A DNA stretch of 64,000 nucleotides. Origin: Acidobacteriota bacterium. GTDB taxonomy: Bacteria > Acidobacteriota > Thermoanaerobaculia > Multivoradales > UBA5704. The DNA lies in NCBI GenBank assembly GCA_040005235.1, contig JBDTZG010000001.1, positions 96,001 to 160,000 of the forward strand, written 5' to 3'. Every line of letters begins with the position of its first letter. Positions within the stretch are counted from its first letter, which is position 1. The notes under the pieces were generated by a model that saw nothing but the letters and a program-made list of their open reading frames with translations, was not told where the DNA came from and ran no database searches. A program made the translations under genes and the position numbers. Below, piece by piece: positions 27,424 through 36,581 of this stretch.

Positions 27424-29193
27424 TTATGTCTTGGCCGAGATCCGCACGAGCGCCTCCGTCCGATCCGAATGCACCAGTAGGATCAGAAGATCCCCCGCCT
27501 CCGCGATCGCGAGCGCCAAATCCACCCCCGCAAGCTCCGTCCCGCTCGGCCAAATCTCCATCACGCCCAACCGGCGCAGCTCCCCCGCGAGAATCGCCGG
27601 AACCTCGCCCGGTGGCCGGCCGCGGAGCATCGAAGGCATGTCTTTTACGATTACCAGATCCGGCGCGAATTGCACGGCCGCCGCCGCGAGGTCGCGGAGC
27701 GCCTCGTCGTCGCGGTCTCCGGCCTGGCCCAATAGAAGGATGCGGCGCTTCGCGGGGAGGCTAAGGACGAGGGGGCGCAGCGCTTCGAGACCGTGGGGGT
27801 TGTGGGCGTAGTCGAGCAGGACGGTGGCGCCGTTCCCGAGCGGGATCAGGTTTGCCCGGCCGGGGTTGTCGGCGGGGGAGGTGCCGATCGCGGCCAGACC
27901 CTCGCGCAGGGCGGCGGGGGAGATGCCTAAAGAATCGCCAAGCAGGATCGCGGCGAGGGCGTTCGAGAGGTTGTGCCGCGCGGCGCCGCCGTAGGCGAGG
28001 GGAAAATCCGCGATCCGGATGATCTCGATTCGCTCGGCGGGTTCGGCAAGTTCGGAGCCATGCGCGAGGATGAGCGCGTCGCCTTCGAGGTAGGCGGCGG
28101 TTCCGCCCGAGGTGACGTGCGCGGCGAGCGGCTCGGTCCTTGATTCGAGCGAGAACCAGCCGAGCGTCAACTGGAAGCGCTCCGCGACCGCCCGGCCGCG
28201 GGCCGCCAGCTCGGGATCGTCCCCGTTCAAGACCAGCCGGCTGCCGGGGGTGAGCGTGTGGGCGACCGAGAGCTTCGCCTCCGCGAGGCTCGCCACGTCG
28301 AAGACGCCGTATTCGCCGAGGTGGTCGGCGGCCACGTTGGTCACCGCCGCGGCGGTCGCTCGCGAAAGCGGCACGCCCCGCCGTAGCAGGCCGCCGCGCG
28401 CCAGCTCCAGAACGCCCAGCTCGACCCGGGGATCGCGCAACGCTTTTCGTGTTCCTTCCGGTCCCGAATAGTCGCCGCTCGCGACCTTCTCGCCGCCGAC
28501 CACCACGCCGTCGGTGGAGGAAAGGCCGACCACGAACCCTGCCGCCCGGCCGATGCTCGCGAGCAGACGCACGGTCGTCGTCTTGCCGTTCGTGCCGGTG
28601 ACTACGGCGTGCGGGATGTCGTGGATCTGGGTCCAGTCGACCGGCGGATAGGAAATGGGCTTCCCAACCCTCACCCCCAGCCCCTCTCCTAAGGGGGGTG
28701 AGGACTCCGGTCGCTCGAACGTCCGGCTACCCGTCCCCAACCCGACCGTCACCGCCTTGTCGTCGATCAGAAACGTCACGCCGTGGGCGAGCGCTCCGTC
28801 GCGCAGGGCCACGAGCTGCGGATCGCGCTCGGCGTCAATCGCCTGGCGGAGCGCCTCCCGAATCGGTGCCGGATCCTGTTCCGCCTCTCCCGCCCGCGCC
28901 GTGACCGCCGTGATCGCCGCCACCGCCGCCGTCCAGGCCGCCTCCGCGACGTCGCAGGCGGCGAACAGAGCATCGAACGGCGCGGTGATCGCGAGACTCG
29001 CCCCGCCCGAGAAAGGTCGGACCGAGATCGTTTCATCGGCCCAGCCCAGCGAGTCGAGCAGTCGGCGGACGCGCTCCCGCCAGAGCTTGACGACGTTCTC
29101 TTGCCATGGATCGAAGGACACGTCGATCACCGCTCCCTCGCGGTCGAGCAGGAGACCGGGTCCCGTCAGGCGGCGCGAATCGATAAGCTCCAT
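27424..29193 (-). CDS. Cyanophycin-synthetase-like Mur ligase lacking the ATP-grasp domain
   Basis: N-terminal DSRRLTGP, then VTGTNGKTTT, ELARGGLLRRG, TNVAADHLG, NPGRAN, LDYAHNPHG and GQAGDRDD. Only 589 aa. Confidence 0.8.
   Translation of the reverse strand: MELIDSRRLTGPGLLLDREGAVIDVSFDPWQENVVKLWRERVRRLLDSLGWADETISVRPFSGGASLAITAPFDALFAACDVAEAAWTAAVAAITAVTARAGEAEQDPAPIREALRQAIDAERDPQLVALRDGALAHGVTFLIDDKAVTVGLGTGSRTFERPESSPPLGEGLGVRVGKPISYPPVDWTQIHDIPHAVVTGTNGKTTTVRLLASIGRAAGFVVGLSSTDGVVVGGEKVASGDYSGPEGTRKALRDPRVELGVLELARGGLLRRGVPLSRATAAAVTNVAADHLGEYGVFDVASLAEAKLSVAHTLTPGSRLVLNGDDPELAARGRAVAERFQLTLGWFSLESRTEPLAAHVTSGGTAAYLEGDALILAHGSELAEPAERIEIIRIADFPLAYGGAARHNLSNALAAILLGDSLGISPAALREGLAAIGTSPADNPGRANLIPLGNGATVLLDYAHNPHGLEALRPLVLSLPAKRRILLLGQAGDRDDEALRDLAAAAVQFAPDLVIVKDMPSMLRGRPPGEVPAILAGELRRLGVMEIWPSGTELAGVDLALAIAEAGDLLILLVHSDRTEALVRISAKT
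28667..28704. repeat. CCCTCACCCC..CCCTCTCC-type palindromic element inserted in frame in the Mur ligase gene
   Basis: accctcacccccagcccctctcctaaggggggtgagga, with a 10-bp stem 28669-28678/28694-28703. Encodes SPPLGEGLGVRV on the minus strand. Confidence 0.65.
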
Positions 29194-29338
29194 CGGAGCG
29201 CGCAGAGTATCCCGCCGAGGCGCAATCGATCCAGGATCTCGATCGCGGGATTTTTCGGGCACCAAATCGGCGTTGGAAGTGTCTAAGAGGTCATCGTGTG
29301 GAGGGGTGAGGCTCGCCCGCTCGAAGCGAGGAGGTTCG

Positions 29339-29842
29339 ATGATCGACCCGGGAGTTTCCGCGTCGCTGTTCGCCCGCATCCTGCCCATGTCGGCAGGGTC
29401 GGCGCCGGCCGTGCCGACCGGGCCCGACGTAGGCCAGATCTCGGTGGTCGCGACACTCTGCGCGCTGTTTTCGATCGCCCTGATCGTCCGGCCGCGAGAG
29501 GCGACGGTCGACCTCTTCGCCCCCGCCTCCTCGCCGCCGCGCGCCGCCACCTGGGCGGTCACTCTCGGAGTCGCCGTCTCCGCCCTCCACCTATTAGGAG
29601 CCGCGCTGCTCGTCTGCGGCGTCCTCGGAGCCGGAGGCTCCAGCGGAATGCGCGCCGCCGGCTGGCTGATCGTCCCCGGCCTCGCCGGAATGCTCGCCTT
29701 CACCATGCCCTTCGCCAACGCCATCGCCTGGCGCCGAGGCTGGTGGAGCCCCGAATTCCGCCTCTGGTACGCCCTGCTCTCTTTTGCGGCGGTGGTCTTC
29801 GTCGGCTGGCTGGTGCCCTGGTCGATGGCCGGCTTGCGGTAA
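29339..29842 (+). CDS. Hypothetical integral membrane protein
   Basis: GGAGG RBS and about four hydrophobic helices. Confidence 0.65.
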   Translation: MIDPGVSASLFARILPMSAGSAPAVPTGPDVGQISVVATLCALFSIALIVRPREATVDLFAPASSPPRAATWAVTLGVAVSALHLLGAALLVCGVLGAGGSSGMRAAGWLIVPGLAGMLAFTMPFANAIAWRRGWWSPEFRLWYALLSFAAVVFVGWLVPWSMAGLR

Positions 29843-29914
29843 GCCGTCGGGGTGCCTGCCGCCGCGGTCAGCTGTACCCGTTGGTTTGAGGAACGCCCCC
29901 TCGGTCGCGCTCCC

Positions 29915-29941
29915 CCTGGGACCGCCGGCGTCTCGCCGGCG
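29915..29941. repeat. REP-like palindrome, family CCTGGGACC-GCCG...CGGC (copy 2)
   Basis: cctgggaccgccggcgtctcgccggcg followed by TTTTT, between convergent genes. Confidence 0.7.
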
Positions 29942-29946
29942 TTTTT

Positions 29947-30366
29947 CTACTCCGGATTCGTCTCCTGCGTCGGCACCCCGCCTTCGATGCCGCTCGTCAT
30001 ACCCGGGTTCCCGCCGGTCAGCTCACGCAGTGCCTGGTCCAGCTGCTTCTGCTGCGGTGCGGAGATCTGAGGAACCTGAGGAGCGTTGCCGGAACCGGGA
30101 AACATATTCGCGACCGCGCCATGGAGAAGGTAGAAAGCGAAGCCCGCTCCGAGGCAGAGAACGGCGGTGACGAAGAGCGGGCCGAGGAGCGAACGCTCGG
30201 CAGCCGTAGGGCCGGTGGGTGGCAACAGCGGCCCGCCGGCTTCGGCCTGGGCTTCGCGGCGGCAGAGCACGCAGCCGGTCATTTTCGCCGGGTCGTAGTG
30301 GAGCCCGTGCTTCTCGCACTTGGCGAGGGGCGCGCGTTCTCGGGTGTCGGTCGTGGGTTCGGTCAT
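29947..30366 (-). CDS. Hypothetical membrane protein with N-terminal CxxH...CxxC Zn-binding motif
   Basis: KCEKHGLHYDPAKMTGCVLCRRE followed by one TM helix. Confidence 0.65.
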   Translation of the reverse strand: MTEPTTDTRERAPLAKCEKHGLHYDPAKMTGCVLCRREAQAEAGGPLLPPTGPTAAERSLLGPLFVTAVLCLGAGFAFYLLHGAVANMFPGSGNAPQVPQISAPQQKQLDQALRELTGGNPGMTSGIEGGVPTQETNPE

Positions 30367-30380
30367 GGCCCGCGGGTCGC

Positions 30381-31664
30381 CTACTGAAAATACCCCACGA
30401 CGTCCAACACCAGATGCACCGTGCCGGAGGACTGCACCGCGCGCAGCGAGAGGGAGCCGGCGGCGAGGGGCAGGATGGCGTTGTTGGTGCGGGTCTGATT
30501 GGTGGAGTAGCTGATCGCGGTGGCGACGGGTAAGGGCGTACCGGTCGGCCAGGCGCGCAGCTCGCCGCTTCGGGTGGGGGAAACGACGCTCAGGTTGAAC
30601 GCGACGGACTCGGCGTCGGCCGGCACGCCGCAGAGGCCGGCGATTTGGAATCCCCGGTTGACGTTCGCGGCGAGCGCCGGGCCTCCGGCGGGGCCGTTGG
30701 CGTTCCGGGTATCGATCGCGCGGCAGGGGGTGACGGCGTGGAAGCGCGAGGCCGAGCGGTGGCAGACGCCGGAGCCCGAGTCGGTGAAGGTGCCGCCAGG
30801 GACCTTGACGAAGCGCCAGTCGTAGCCCGTGCGCCGAAGGGTTAACTCCAACAGGCCGAAGTCGGTCGATTGCGCGGCCTCGCGGTTGGCGTGCGTAGGC
30901 TGGAGCGTGTAGAGGATCTTGCCGCCCGTGCCGACCACGAATTCGCGCAGGCCGTTTGCCGGATCGGCGACTCCCGACGGCCCCTGCGGTGCGAAGCGCT
31001 CGTAGATGTGGTCGTGGCCGTTCAAGATCACGTCGGCATGCGCGTCTTGAAGTGCCTGCCAGAGGGGTTGAGTCATCGCATCGTCGCCGTGCGGCCCGGA
31101 GGAGAATCGGGGGTGGTGCCAGGCGGCGAGCGTGCAGACGCCGGGGTTGGCCGCGAGGTCGGCGCGCAGCCATTGCTCCTGCGGCGAGCCGGCGCCGCAG
31201 CCGCCGATCAGGGCGCAGTTCGAATTGAGCACGATCAGGTGCCAGCTGCCGAGGTCGAAGCTGTACCAGCCCTTGGCCGGATCGCCTGCGGCGGCGCCGA
31301 AGTATTGGTAATAGCCGGCGGCGTTCGGGGTCACGTATTCGTGGTTGCCGGGGACCGGATGGGTGACCGACTTCACCCGCCCCCAGGTCGGATCGTACGA
31401 AGCTTGGAAGTTGGCGAACGAGCCGTCTTCGTACTGCACGTCGCCGAGCGGCAGCACCGCTTCGTAGTGCCCCGCGACCGCGAGGTCCGAAGTCGCCTTC
31501 ATCCGGCAGGCGGCGGCGGTGCCGAGACCGTTGTTGAAGTTCGGGTCGGAGGGGGCGCAAGCGATGTCGCCGACCGCGGCGATCGTCGCGGCGCCCGCCG
31601 AAACGGGTGCAAGGGCGAGCAGCGCGGCGCCAAAGAGCGGGCGAAGGCGCGTTCGCAGGCTCAT
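30381..31664 (-). CDS. Secreted metallophosphoesterase (acid/alkaline phosphatase-like) with C-terminal beta-sandwich
   Basis: AVGDIA, LGDVQY, PGNHEY, WHHP and NGHDHIYER. C-terminal FHAVTPCRAIDTR...HLVLDVVGYF module. Confidence 0.88.
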   Translation of the reverse strand: MSLRTRLRPLFGAALLALAPVSAGAATIAAVGDIACAPSDPNFNNGLGTAAACRMKATSDLAVAGHYEAVLPLGDVQYEDGSFANFQASYDPTWGRVKSVTHPVPGNHEYVTPNAAGYYQYFGAAAGDPAKGWYSFDLGSWHLIVLNSNCALIGGCGAGSPQEQWLRADLAANPGVCTLAAWHHPRFSSGPHGDDAMTQPLWQALQDAHADVILNGHDHIYERFAPQGPSGVADPANGLREFVVGTGGKILYTLQPTHANREAAQSTDFGLLELTLRRTGYDWRFVKVPGGTFTDSGSGVCHRSASRFHAVTPCRAIDTRNANGPAGGPALAANVNRGFQIAGLCGVPADAESVAFNLSVVSPTRSGELRAWPTGTPLPVATAISYSTNQTRTNNAILPLAAGSLSLRAVQSSGTVHLVLDVVGYFQ

Positions 31665-31993
31665 GGCGCGGGCGCGAGAATCGCGAGCACCACTAGGTTC
31701 TCGCCGCCGTCGTTGCGGATGCCGTGTGGCGCGTCCGAAGGGGCGATCAACATGTCGCCCGCGACCATCGGCCGCTCGCCGTCGGCGAGCAAGAACAGCC
31801 CCGACCCGGCGAGCACGTGGTACACCTTGTCCATCCCGGCGTGGGCATGCAGCCGGTGCTCCTGCCCGGGCTGGAACGTGTTCAGGCCGACGAGCAACCG
31901 ATCGGATTGATACAGGGTCGCCTTGCCCATGCGATCGGCCGAAAACTTGGCGTGATCGAGAGGACGGAACACCTCAGGGGGCAAGGGGGCCAT
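31661..31993 (-). CDS. Cupin domain protein
   Basis: HRLHAHAGMDK and APSDAPHGIRN cupin motifs. Confidence 0.85.
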   Translation of the reverse strand: MAPLPPEVFRPLDHAKFSADRMGKATLYQSDRLLVGLNTFQPGQEHRLHAHAGMDKVYHVLAGSGLFLLADGERPMVAGDMLIAPSDAPHGIRNDGGENLVVLAILAPAP

Positions 31994-32085
31994 GGTTCCG
32001 CATCATACTCTTATTGCTCTACCTCCAAAGAAAGCGCCAACTCTCGCTCCCTTCGCCGAACCGACTCCGGCCGCTCGGTTGGCGG

Positions 32086-32195
32086 TTAGACGTGCTGATC
32101 GACCAGGACCGGGTTTCCGTCAGGGTCGAGGGCCATGAAATACGCCGGCCCCTTCGTCGTCTCGTCGGCCTCGGCCACCAGTGTTCCTCCTTTGG
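32086..32195 (-). pseudogene. 3' fragment of VOC/glyoxalase-family gene
   Basis: EADETTKGPAYFMALDPDGNPVLVDQHV* is a typical VOC C-terminus. No matching 5' part is visible. Confidence 0.6.
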
Positions 32196-32252
32196 GATAG
32201 AAGGCTGCCGAGCCCGACGCGATGTCGCGCTTGAATCTCTGCCTTCCTGATC

Positions 32253-32546
32253 TTACGCCGCCAACTTCACCGCGACCGAGACGCCGGCTTTCGCACAGAG
32301 TCCCACCAAATAGTCGAGCGAGAACTTCTCGACCTTGTTGCGAGCGATCTCGGAAATCCGAGGCTGCGCCACTCCCAGGTGCTCGGCGGCCTGTTTCTGG
32401 GTCAGTCCTTCGCTGTCCATCCACCGGCGCAGAGCCTCGGCCAGCTCGCAACGAAGCAGAAGGATCGCCGCCTCATGTGGAGGAAATCCTAGGTCGAGAA
32501 ATACATTGCCGCTCCCCGCGGTGACTCGTGTTTCAGTACTCTTCAT
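32253..32546 (-). CDS. XRE-family HigA-like antitoxin (HTH_37 type)
   Basis: SGNVFLDLGF, LTQKQAAEHLGVAQPRISEI and KFSLDYL. GGAGG RBS. Confidence 0.85.
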   Translation of the reverse strand: MKSTETRVTAGSGNVFLDLGFPPHEAAILLLRCELAEALRRWMDSEGLTQKQAAEHLGVAQPRISEIARNKVEKFSLDYLVGLCAKAGVSVAVKLAA

Positions 32547-32751
32547 GGCGGTCCTCCGATCGGAACGCACCGGATTCGTCCCGTATTCGGATTTCGAAGG
32601 CCTCGGCACCGACGCTCGGCATCGGCTTGAAATCCGCCGGTTCGCGTCCCGCCGGCACCATGAACAGCTCCTGCCCGGCGCTTCGACGAGCCGACGCAGG
32701 GAACGCTGCCAAATCCTTGCGGGAGGTACCCACGAAGCGCACTTCCTTCAC
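32533..32751 (-). pseudogene. HigB/RelE (Gp49-like) toxin, C-terminal half deleted
   Basis: VRFVGTSRKDLAAFP...DFKPMPSVGAEAFEIRIRDESGAFR, then runs directly into the antitoxin RBS. The usual YVLHAFQKK segment is absent. Confidence 0.75.
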
Positions 32752-32799
32752 GGCCTGAGAATACGACTATCTGTAACTCGCCACGAATCGCATTTGGGT

Positions 32800-33179
32800 C
32801 GCGGCCGGTCCAGAGCCGGGCTCCGCCCGTTTCGTGATCCAGGATCAACCGAGCCGGTCGAAGCTTCTGGTGACTGACGGGATTGCCGGCAGTACCCACG
32901 AAATCTTCCGGATCGACGACCCGTTTGCCCGCACGTTCGTCGACGAGCCGACCGCCGCGGGCGCTCTTCTTATTTCTTCGCCGCCGATTCGGCGACCGGC
33001 CAAGAGCTCTGGGCCACCGACGGCACGACGGCCGGGCCCGGACATCCGTCATGCCCGGCCGGTTGTCTTCGACCCCCCAGGACTTCGCGGTGTACGGCGA
33101 CGATCTCTACTTCAGCGCCGGCCGGCCGGACGTCGGCTACGAGCTTTGGAAGCTGCCGCTTTCGGTGCTAGAGCCGTGA
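32800..33179 (+). pseudogene. ELWxxDGT-repeat protein 3' remnant (frameshifted)
   Basis: LLVTDG, then GQELWATDGT in another frame, then LYFSAGRPDVGYELWKL* in a third frame. Confidence 0.65.
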
Positions 33180-33389
33180 AGCGGTCGACATCCGACTCCT
33201 TCGAATTGAAAGAGAGGGCGGTCAACTTGATGGAGTTGGCGAAGCCGTCTGTGGGGATCTGCGTGCGGCTCCAGGTTGGCACGGCCGTTGCTTGCTGTAT
33301 CCTTTGATCGCAGCAATGCTCGCATACGTTAATTTGGAATGTTTGAATCAAGGCGTTCTGGGACGGAGAATCCAATCATGAGACTCGCG

Positions 33390-33593
33390 GATAGGGTAAC
33401 CACCCCGATGTTTCTCAGCAACGAGCTCTCGGGCCGACCGAAGCCGAAGCCGCTCCTCGCACGCGATCTCAAGCTGAGCGACATTTCTGAGGCCTACGAC
33501 ATCGTCGGAGAGGCGGCTAAAGAGAAAGCGCTCAACGTCATCCTCCGCACCGCAGGAGCCAAACGAGTCTCGCCAAAGAACAGCCGAGCTTGA
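33390..33593 (+). pseudogene. 3' remnant of Zn-dependent alcohol dehydrogenase
   Basis: TTPM...LKLSDISEAYDIVGEAAKEKALNVIL matches the MDR ADH C-terminus. Remainder absent. Confidence 0.5.
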
Positions 33594-33838
33594 GGGACGA
33601 GTAGCCACCAGACGTGCGCTTAAAACGCGATCTTGTGGGTGCCAAGAGGATCTCCCTTGCCGGTGCATAGGGGGAAGTCTCCGACGTTAGAGATCACCGG
33701 CATCGCAATGCTGCGTAAGCGCGGCGTCGCTTGACCAGGCGGGCAAACCGCTGAGCTAATCAGCGTCAACCGCGAGCACCAGCTTTGGGCCGGGGCGACG
33801 TTGCAATCTATCTCGAACAGCCAGCCGGAGGAGTCTCA

Positions 33839-34717
33839 ATGAGCACCGCACTCGATCTCGTCACCCTTGCCGCCGCTCTTCGCGAGGTGGAATCGTTTTC
33901 CGGGGAGACCGGTTGGCGGGCACGCAACGCCGAGCAGAAGGCGCTCCTGGCGCGTCTCGAGACGCTGTCAGGCGATGCCGCCCGCGTGCCCGAGGTCGCC
34001 GCCTGGGCGCGCCGCACGGCCGAGGAGATCAACGAGATCCTCGCCGCGCGTGAATTCTCGATCCGCCTTAACCCTTGGCCCGACAACGGGGAGAGCTTCG
34101 GCGTCGTTGCGATCGCCGACGTGACGGTTGCCTGGCTTCTGGAGGGTAAGACGAAGGACGGCCGCGGCAAAGCGTTTGAAATTCACGGCCACCGGGCCTT
34201 CCGACTCGATGTGAGCCAAGCGGGGGTCAGCTTCCGCAGGGTGCCGGGAACGGATCACCCGCTGATTTGTGTTTCGACCCAATCGGGCGATGAGGTCTGG
34301 ATGATCCGGCTCGAGCAGCCCTCCGAGGGGCTCGCGCTTTTCGAGACCTGGGAACGCCTGCAGCAGGAGGCGGCCGCGGCCCCCCTCGCCGGGTTCGACG
34401 GCCTGATCGCGCCGATGATCCATCTGGACACGTCGCCCGACATCTCCTGGCTTCTGGGTTTCGAGGTCGGAACGACGCCGTGGGGCCTTGTGCAGGCTCT
34501 GGCGCAGATTCGGCTGGGAATGAACCAGAAGGGGGCGCGGGTCATTTCGGCCGTCGCGGTTGAAATGTCACGTGGTCTTCCCGAGCCGCCGATCGATTAT
34601 GTCCTTGAGGGTCCGTTCCTTTTCGCGTTGGTCCGTCCGGGTCTCACGCACCCGCTGGCCGTCGCCTACCTCGACGAGTCGTGCTGGCAGGATCCTGGAG
34701 ATCTTGGAACGATTTAG
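33839..34717 (+). CDS. Divergent serpin-like protein (292 aa, no signal peptide)
   Basis: GGAGG RBS. C-terminal QALAQIRLGMNQKGARVISAVAVEMSRGLPEPPIDYVLEGPFLFALVR...PLAVAYL aligns with serpin s5A-hinge-RCL-s1C-s4B-s5B. Confidence 0.65.
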   Translation: MSTALDLVTLAAALREVESFSGETGWRARNAEQKALLARLETLSGDAARVPEVAAWARRTAEEINEILAAREFSIRLNPWPDNGESFGVVAIADVTVAWLLEGKTKDGRGKAFEIHGHRAFRLDVSQAGVSFRRVPGTDHPLICVSTQSGDEVWMIRLEQPSEGLALFETWERLQQEAAAAPLAGFDGLIAPMIHLDTSPDISWLLGFEVGTTPWGLVQALAQIRLGMNQKGARVISAVAVEMSRGLPEPPIDYVLEGPFLFALVRPGLTHPLAVAYLDESCWQDPGDLGTI

Positions 34718-34848
34718 TCGCTGGGTCCGGTGCTGTTGGCGCCGACGGCGATAGGCTGCGATCTCAGGGCGACGCCGCCCCCGTGATACCGTTTTGGATC
34801 TACCTCCAAAGCATCCTCCAGACCCTCGATCCCTTGAGGAACACCGAC

Positions 34849-35292
34849 ATGAAAGACGACCAAACCGTCCTGGCCGAGCTGGTCGAGCGCCACCCTGGCA
34901 TCCACGTTCTGCGCGGTGGCGGAGAGCATGGCCGGAGCTGGAACGGGATTCAGTACCAGCAGGGGATTTCGGGCCGGAACGTGGGTGCCAAGAACCTGTC
35001 GATCAATGTCGCGACGGTGCCGCCTGGGGCGATCGCTTATGCCCACATTCACGATGGGTTCGAGGTGATGCTCTACATCGTCCAGGGGCGGGTGCGCCAC
35101 GACTTCGGTGCGAATTTGGAGAACTCGGTGGAGAACGAGGCGGGCGATTTCATCTTCATCGAGCCGGGGGTGCCGCACGAGGTGTTCAATATCGGCGACG
35201 GGCCGCTCACCGCGTTCGTCGCCCGTTCGACCGCGGACGAGTGGGACAAGATCATCGATGTGCCGAGCCGCTATCGGCCGGAGGTGCTTTGA
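34849..35292 (+). CDS. Cupin domain protein
   Basis: AHIHDGFE and IEPGVPHEV motifs. GAGGA RBS. Confidence 0.85.
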   Translation: MKDDQTVLAELVERHPGIHVLRGGGEHGRSWNGIQYQQGISGRNVGAKNLSINVATVPPGAIAYAHIHDGFEVMLYIVQGRVRHDFGANLENSVENEAGDFIFIEPGVPHEVFNIGDGPLTAFVARSTADEWDKIIDVPSRYRPEVL

Positions 35293-35294
35293 CC

Positions 35295-36581
35295 GTGCGC
35301 GGAAAGGCGATCCTGCTTGGAGCCTGTCTCCTGTCGTTGCTTCCCCCGGCCCTTCGCGCCGCCACCCCCTGGACGCCGCCCGACCCGGCGCTGGTCGAGC
35401 GGGCGCGAAAGCTTTTGGACGGAACACCCTTGATCGACGGCCATAACGATCTTCCTTGGGAATACCGCAAGCGGGTCGACCGCCGGATCGGCGAGATCGA
35501 CATCGCGAAGGACCAGACGAAGCTCGACCCTCCTCTCCACACCGATCTGCCGCGGCTGCGCAAGGGGGGCGTGGGTGCGCAGTTCTGGTCGGTCTATGTG
35601 CCGGTCGAGATGACGGCCGGCGAGGCGACGCGCGCGGTGTTCGAGCAGATGGACGTCGTCCGCCGGCTGGCCGAGCGGTACCCGAACGATCTGGAGTTGG
35701 CGTTTACGGCCGACGACGTGGTGCGCATTCACAAGGCGGGAAAGATCGCGTCGCTGATCGGGATGGAGGGGGGGCACGCGATCGACTCGTCGCTGCCGCT
35801 GCTACGCGCGTTCTACGCCGCGGGCGCTCGCTACATGACGATCACCCACACCAAGAACACCCCGTGGGCCGATTCAGCGACCGACGCGCCGAAGGCGAAC
35901 GGCTTGACCAAGTTCGGCGAAGAGGTGATTCGCGAGATGAACCGGCTGGGGATGCTGGTCGACCTCTCGCATGTTTCGCCCGACACGATGAAGGACGCGA
36001 TCGCGGTGGCGCAGGCGCCGGTGATCTTTTCCCATTCCTCCGCGCGCGCGCTCTGTGACCATCCGCGGAACGTCCCGGACGACGTGCTCGCGCTGCTGCC
36101 GAAGAACGGCGGGGTGGCGATGGTGACCTTCGTGCCCTCGTTCTTGACCGAGGCGCGGCGGCAGTGGGGCGCGGCGATCGACGGCGAGGAGAAGCGGCTG
36201 CAAGGTCTCCATCCCGAGAATGCCGAGCGGGTGAAGAGCGATCTGGCCGCCTGGAAGGTCGACCACCCCGAGCCGCAGCCATCGGTCGGAGACATCGCCG
36301 ACCATATCGAGCACGTCAAGAAGATCGCGGGGATCGACCACGTCGGGATCGGCTCGGATTTCGACGGCATCACCTCGACGCCGATCGGCGCGCGCGGCGT
36401 CGACGCGTTCCCGGTCGTGCTCGCCGAGCTGCTCCGCCGCGGCTGGAGCGACGCCGAGATCAAGAAGCTCGCGGGCGAAAACCTGCTGCGCGTCCTCCGA
36501 GAGGCCGAGACGGTGGCGAAGCGCCTGCAGAAGGAACGCCCGGCTTCCGAGGCGACGATCGAGGTGTTGGATAAAATGTAG
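35295..36581 (+). CDS. Secreted M19 family (membrane/renal-type) dipeptidase
   Basis: [41 protein letters not shown] and GIGSDFDG. Confidence 0.92.
   Translation: MRGKAILLGACLLSLLPPALRAATPWTPPDPALVERARKLLDGTPLIDGHNDLPWEYRKRVDRRIGEIDIAKDQTKLDPPLHTDLPRLRKGGVGAQFWSVYVPVEMTAGEATRAVFEQMDVVRRLAERYPNDLELAFTADDVVRIHKAGKIASLIGMEGGHAIDSSLPLLRAFYAAGARYMTITHTKNTPWADSATDAPKANGLTKFGEEVIREMNRLGMLVDLSHVSPDTMKDAIAVAQAPVIFSHSSARALCDHPRNVPDDVLALLPKNGGVAMVTFVPSFLTEARRQWGAAIDGEEKRLQGLHPENAERVKSDLAAWKVDHPEPQPSVGDIADHIEHVKKIAGIDHVGIGSDFDGITSTPIGARGVDAFPVVLAELLRRGWSDAEIKKLAGENLLRVLREAETVAKRLQKERPASEATIEVLDKM

Noticed and set aside
22355-29193. Complete cyanophycin pathway (S51 protein as CphB plus CphA-like ligase)
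   Set aside because: The genes are 4 kb apart in different operons, the S51 protein lacks clear cyanophycinase motifs, and the ligase lacks ATP-grasp.
33725-33790. GGGCAAACC-containing hairpin upstream of the serpin-like gene as a riboswitch
   Set aside because: The downstream riboswitch consensus is absent. It fits better as a TTGACC/-10 promoter with a small palindrome, but support is too weak to annotate.
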